From a virus, in IMG/VR virus record IMGVR_UViG_3300048599_000388, positions 1 to 64,000 of that record: 64,000 bases of DNA; one strand, written 5' to 3'. This document shows, one piece after another, positions 63,977 to 64,000 of this stretch; the first letter of the stretch is position 1, and each line of letters opens with the position of its first letter. Under the pieces are notes generated by a model. The model saw only the letters and a program-made list of their open reading frames with translations. It ran no database searches and was not told the DNA's origin. Position numbers and translations under genes: made by a program.

Positions 63977-64000
63977 AAAAAACCACCACCAAAAAGCACC

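Larger units (their letters stand above)
1..64000. mobile_element. Temperate siphovirus-like phage genome segment (immunity switch, att/int/xis, head, long non-contractile tail, lysis, packaging modules)
   Basis: Gene content and tight co-oriented packing across the whole window; no sheath gene; no obvious host housekeeping genes. Confidence 0.85.

Overview
The window looks like one segment of a temperate, siphovirus-like phage genome. No host housekeeping genes are visible. All functional calls come from motifs read by eye in the ORF translations; no database search was run.

Layout:
- 1-4.6 kb: a minus-strand operon of a Cro-like HTH, two ParB-domain proteins, unknowns and a 9-aa-repeat protein cut by the window edge. 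It faces a divergent CI-like HTH gene followed by a secreted 'moron' protein.
- 4.6-6.4 kb: an att core consisting of only the 3' 50 nt of tRNA-Pro(CGG). It is flanked by 23-nt doublet repeats and followed by integrase and an excisionase-like gene. This looks like the unintegrated attP configuration.
- 7-54.5 kb: one long minus-strand block. Read from high to low coordinates it contains:
  - XkdF-like protease, scaffold, major capsid, connector genes and major tail protein.
  - A G/GT chaperone pair with a canonical -1 slippery site, then a 1310-aa tape measure.
  - Distal tail, baseplate and two paralogous fibre genes, plus a discoidin-like receptor-binding candidate.
  - A roughly 12-kb sugar/glycan-enzyme island at 15.9-27.8 kb that also holds a non-canonical tRNA-like gene.
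  - Lysis genes, nucleotide-metabolism genes, then portal and a MuF-like gene displaced far from the head module.
- 54.6-64 kb: plus-strand packaging and early genes (DNA-binding proteins, large terminase, DPPY methyltransferase, HTH-metallophosphoesterase). These are interrupted by a three-gene minus-strand cassette headed by a ribbon-helix-helix protein.

Most unusual signals:
- The phage-borne glycan island has no exporter, flippase or priming transferase.
- A 15-19-bp AT-rich perfect palindrome (TTTTGTAAAWTTTACAAAA) occurs four times.
- A perfect 17-bp inverted repeat forms two mirror-image divergent promoters at 62.55-62.62 kb.
- An 85-nt tRNA-like gene has a perfect acceptor stem and T-arm but an unfoldable core.
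- The attP architecture.
- A 12-bp inverted repeat encloses 62 nt just upstream of the packaging genes.
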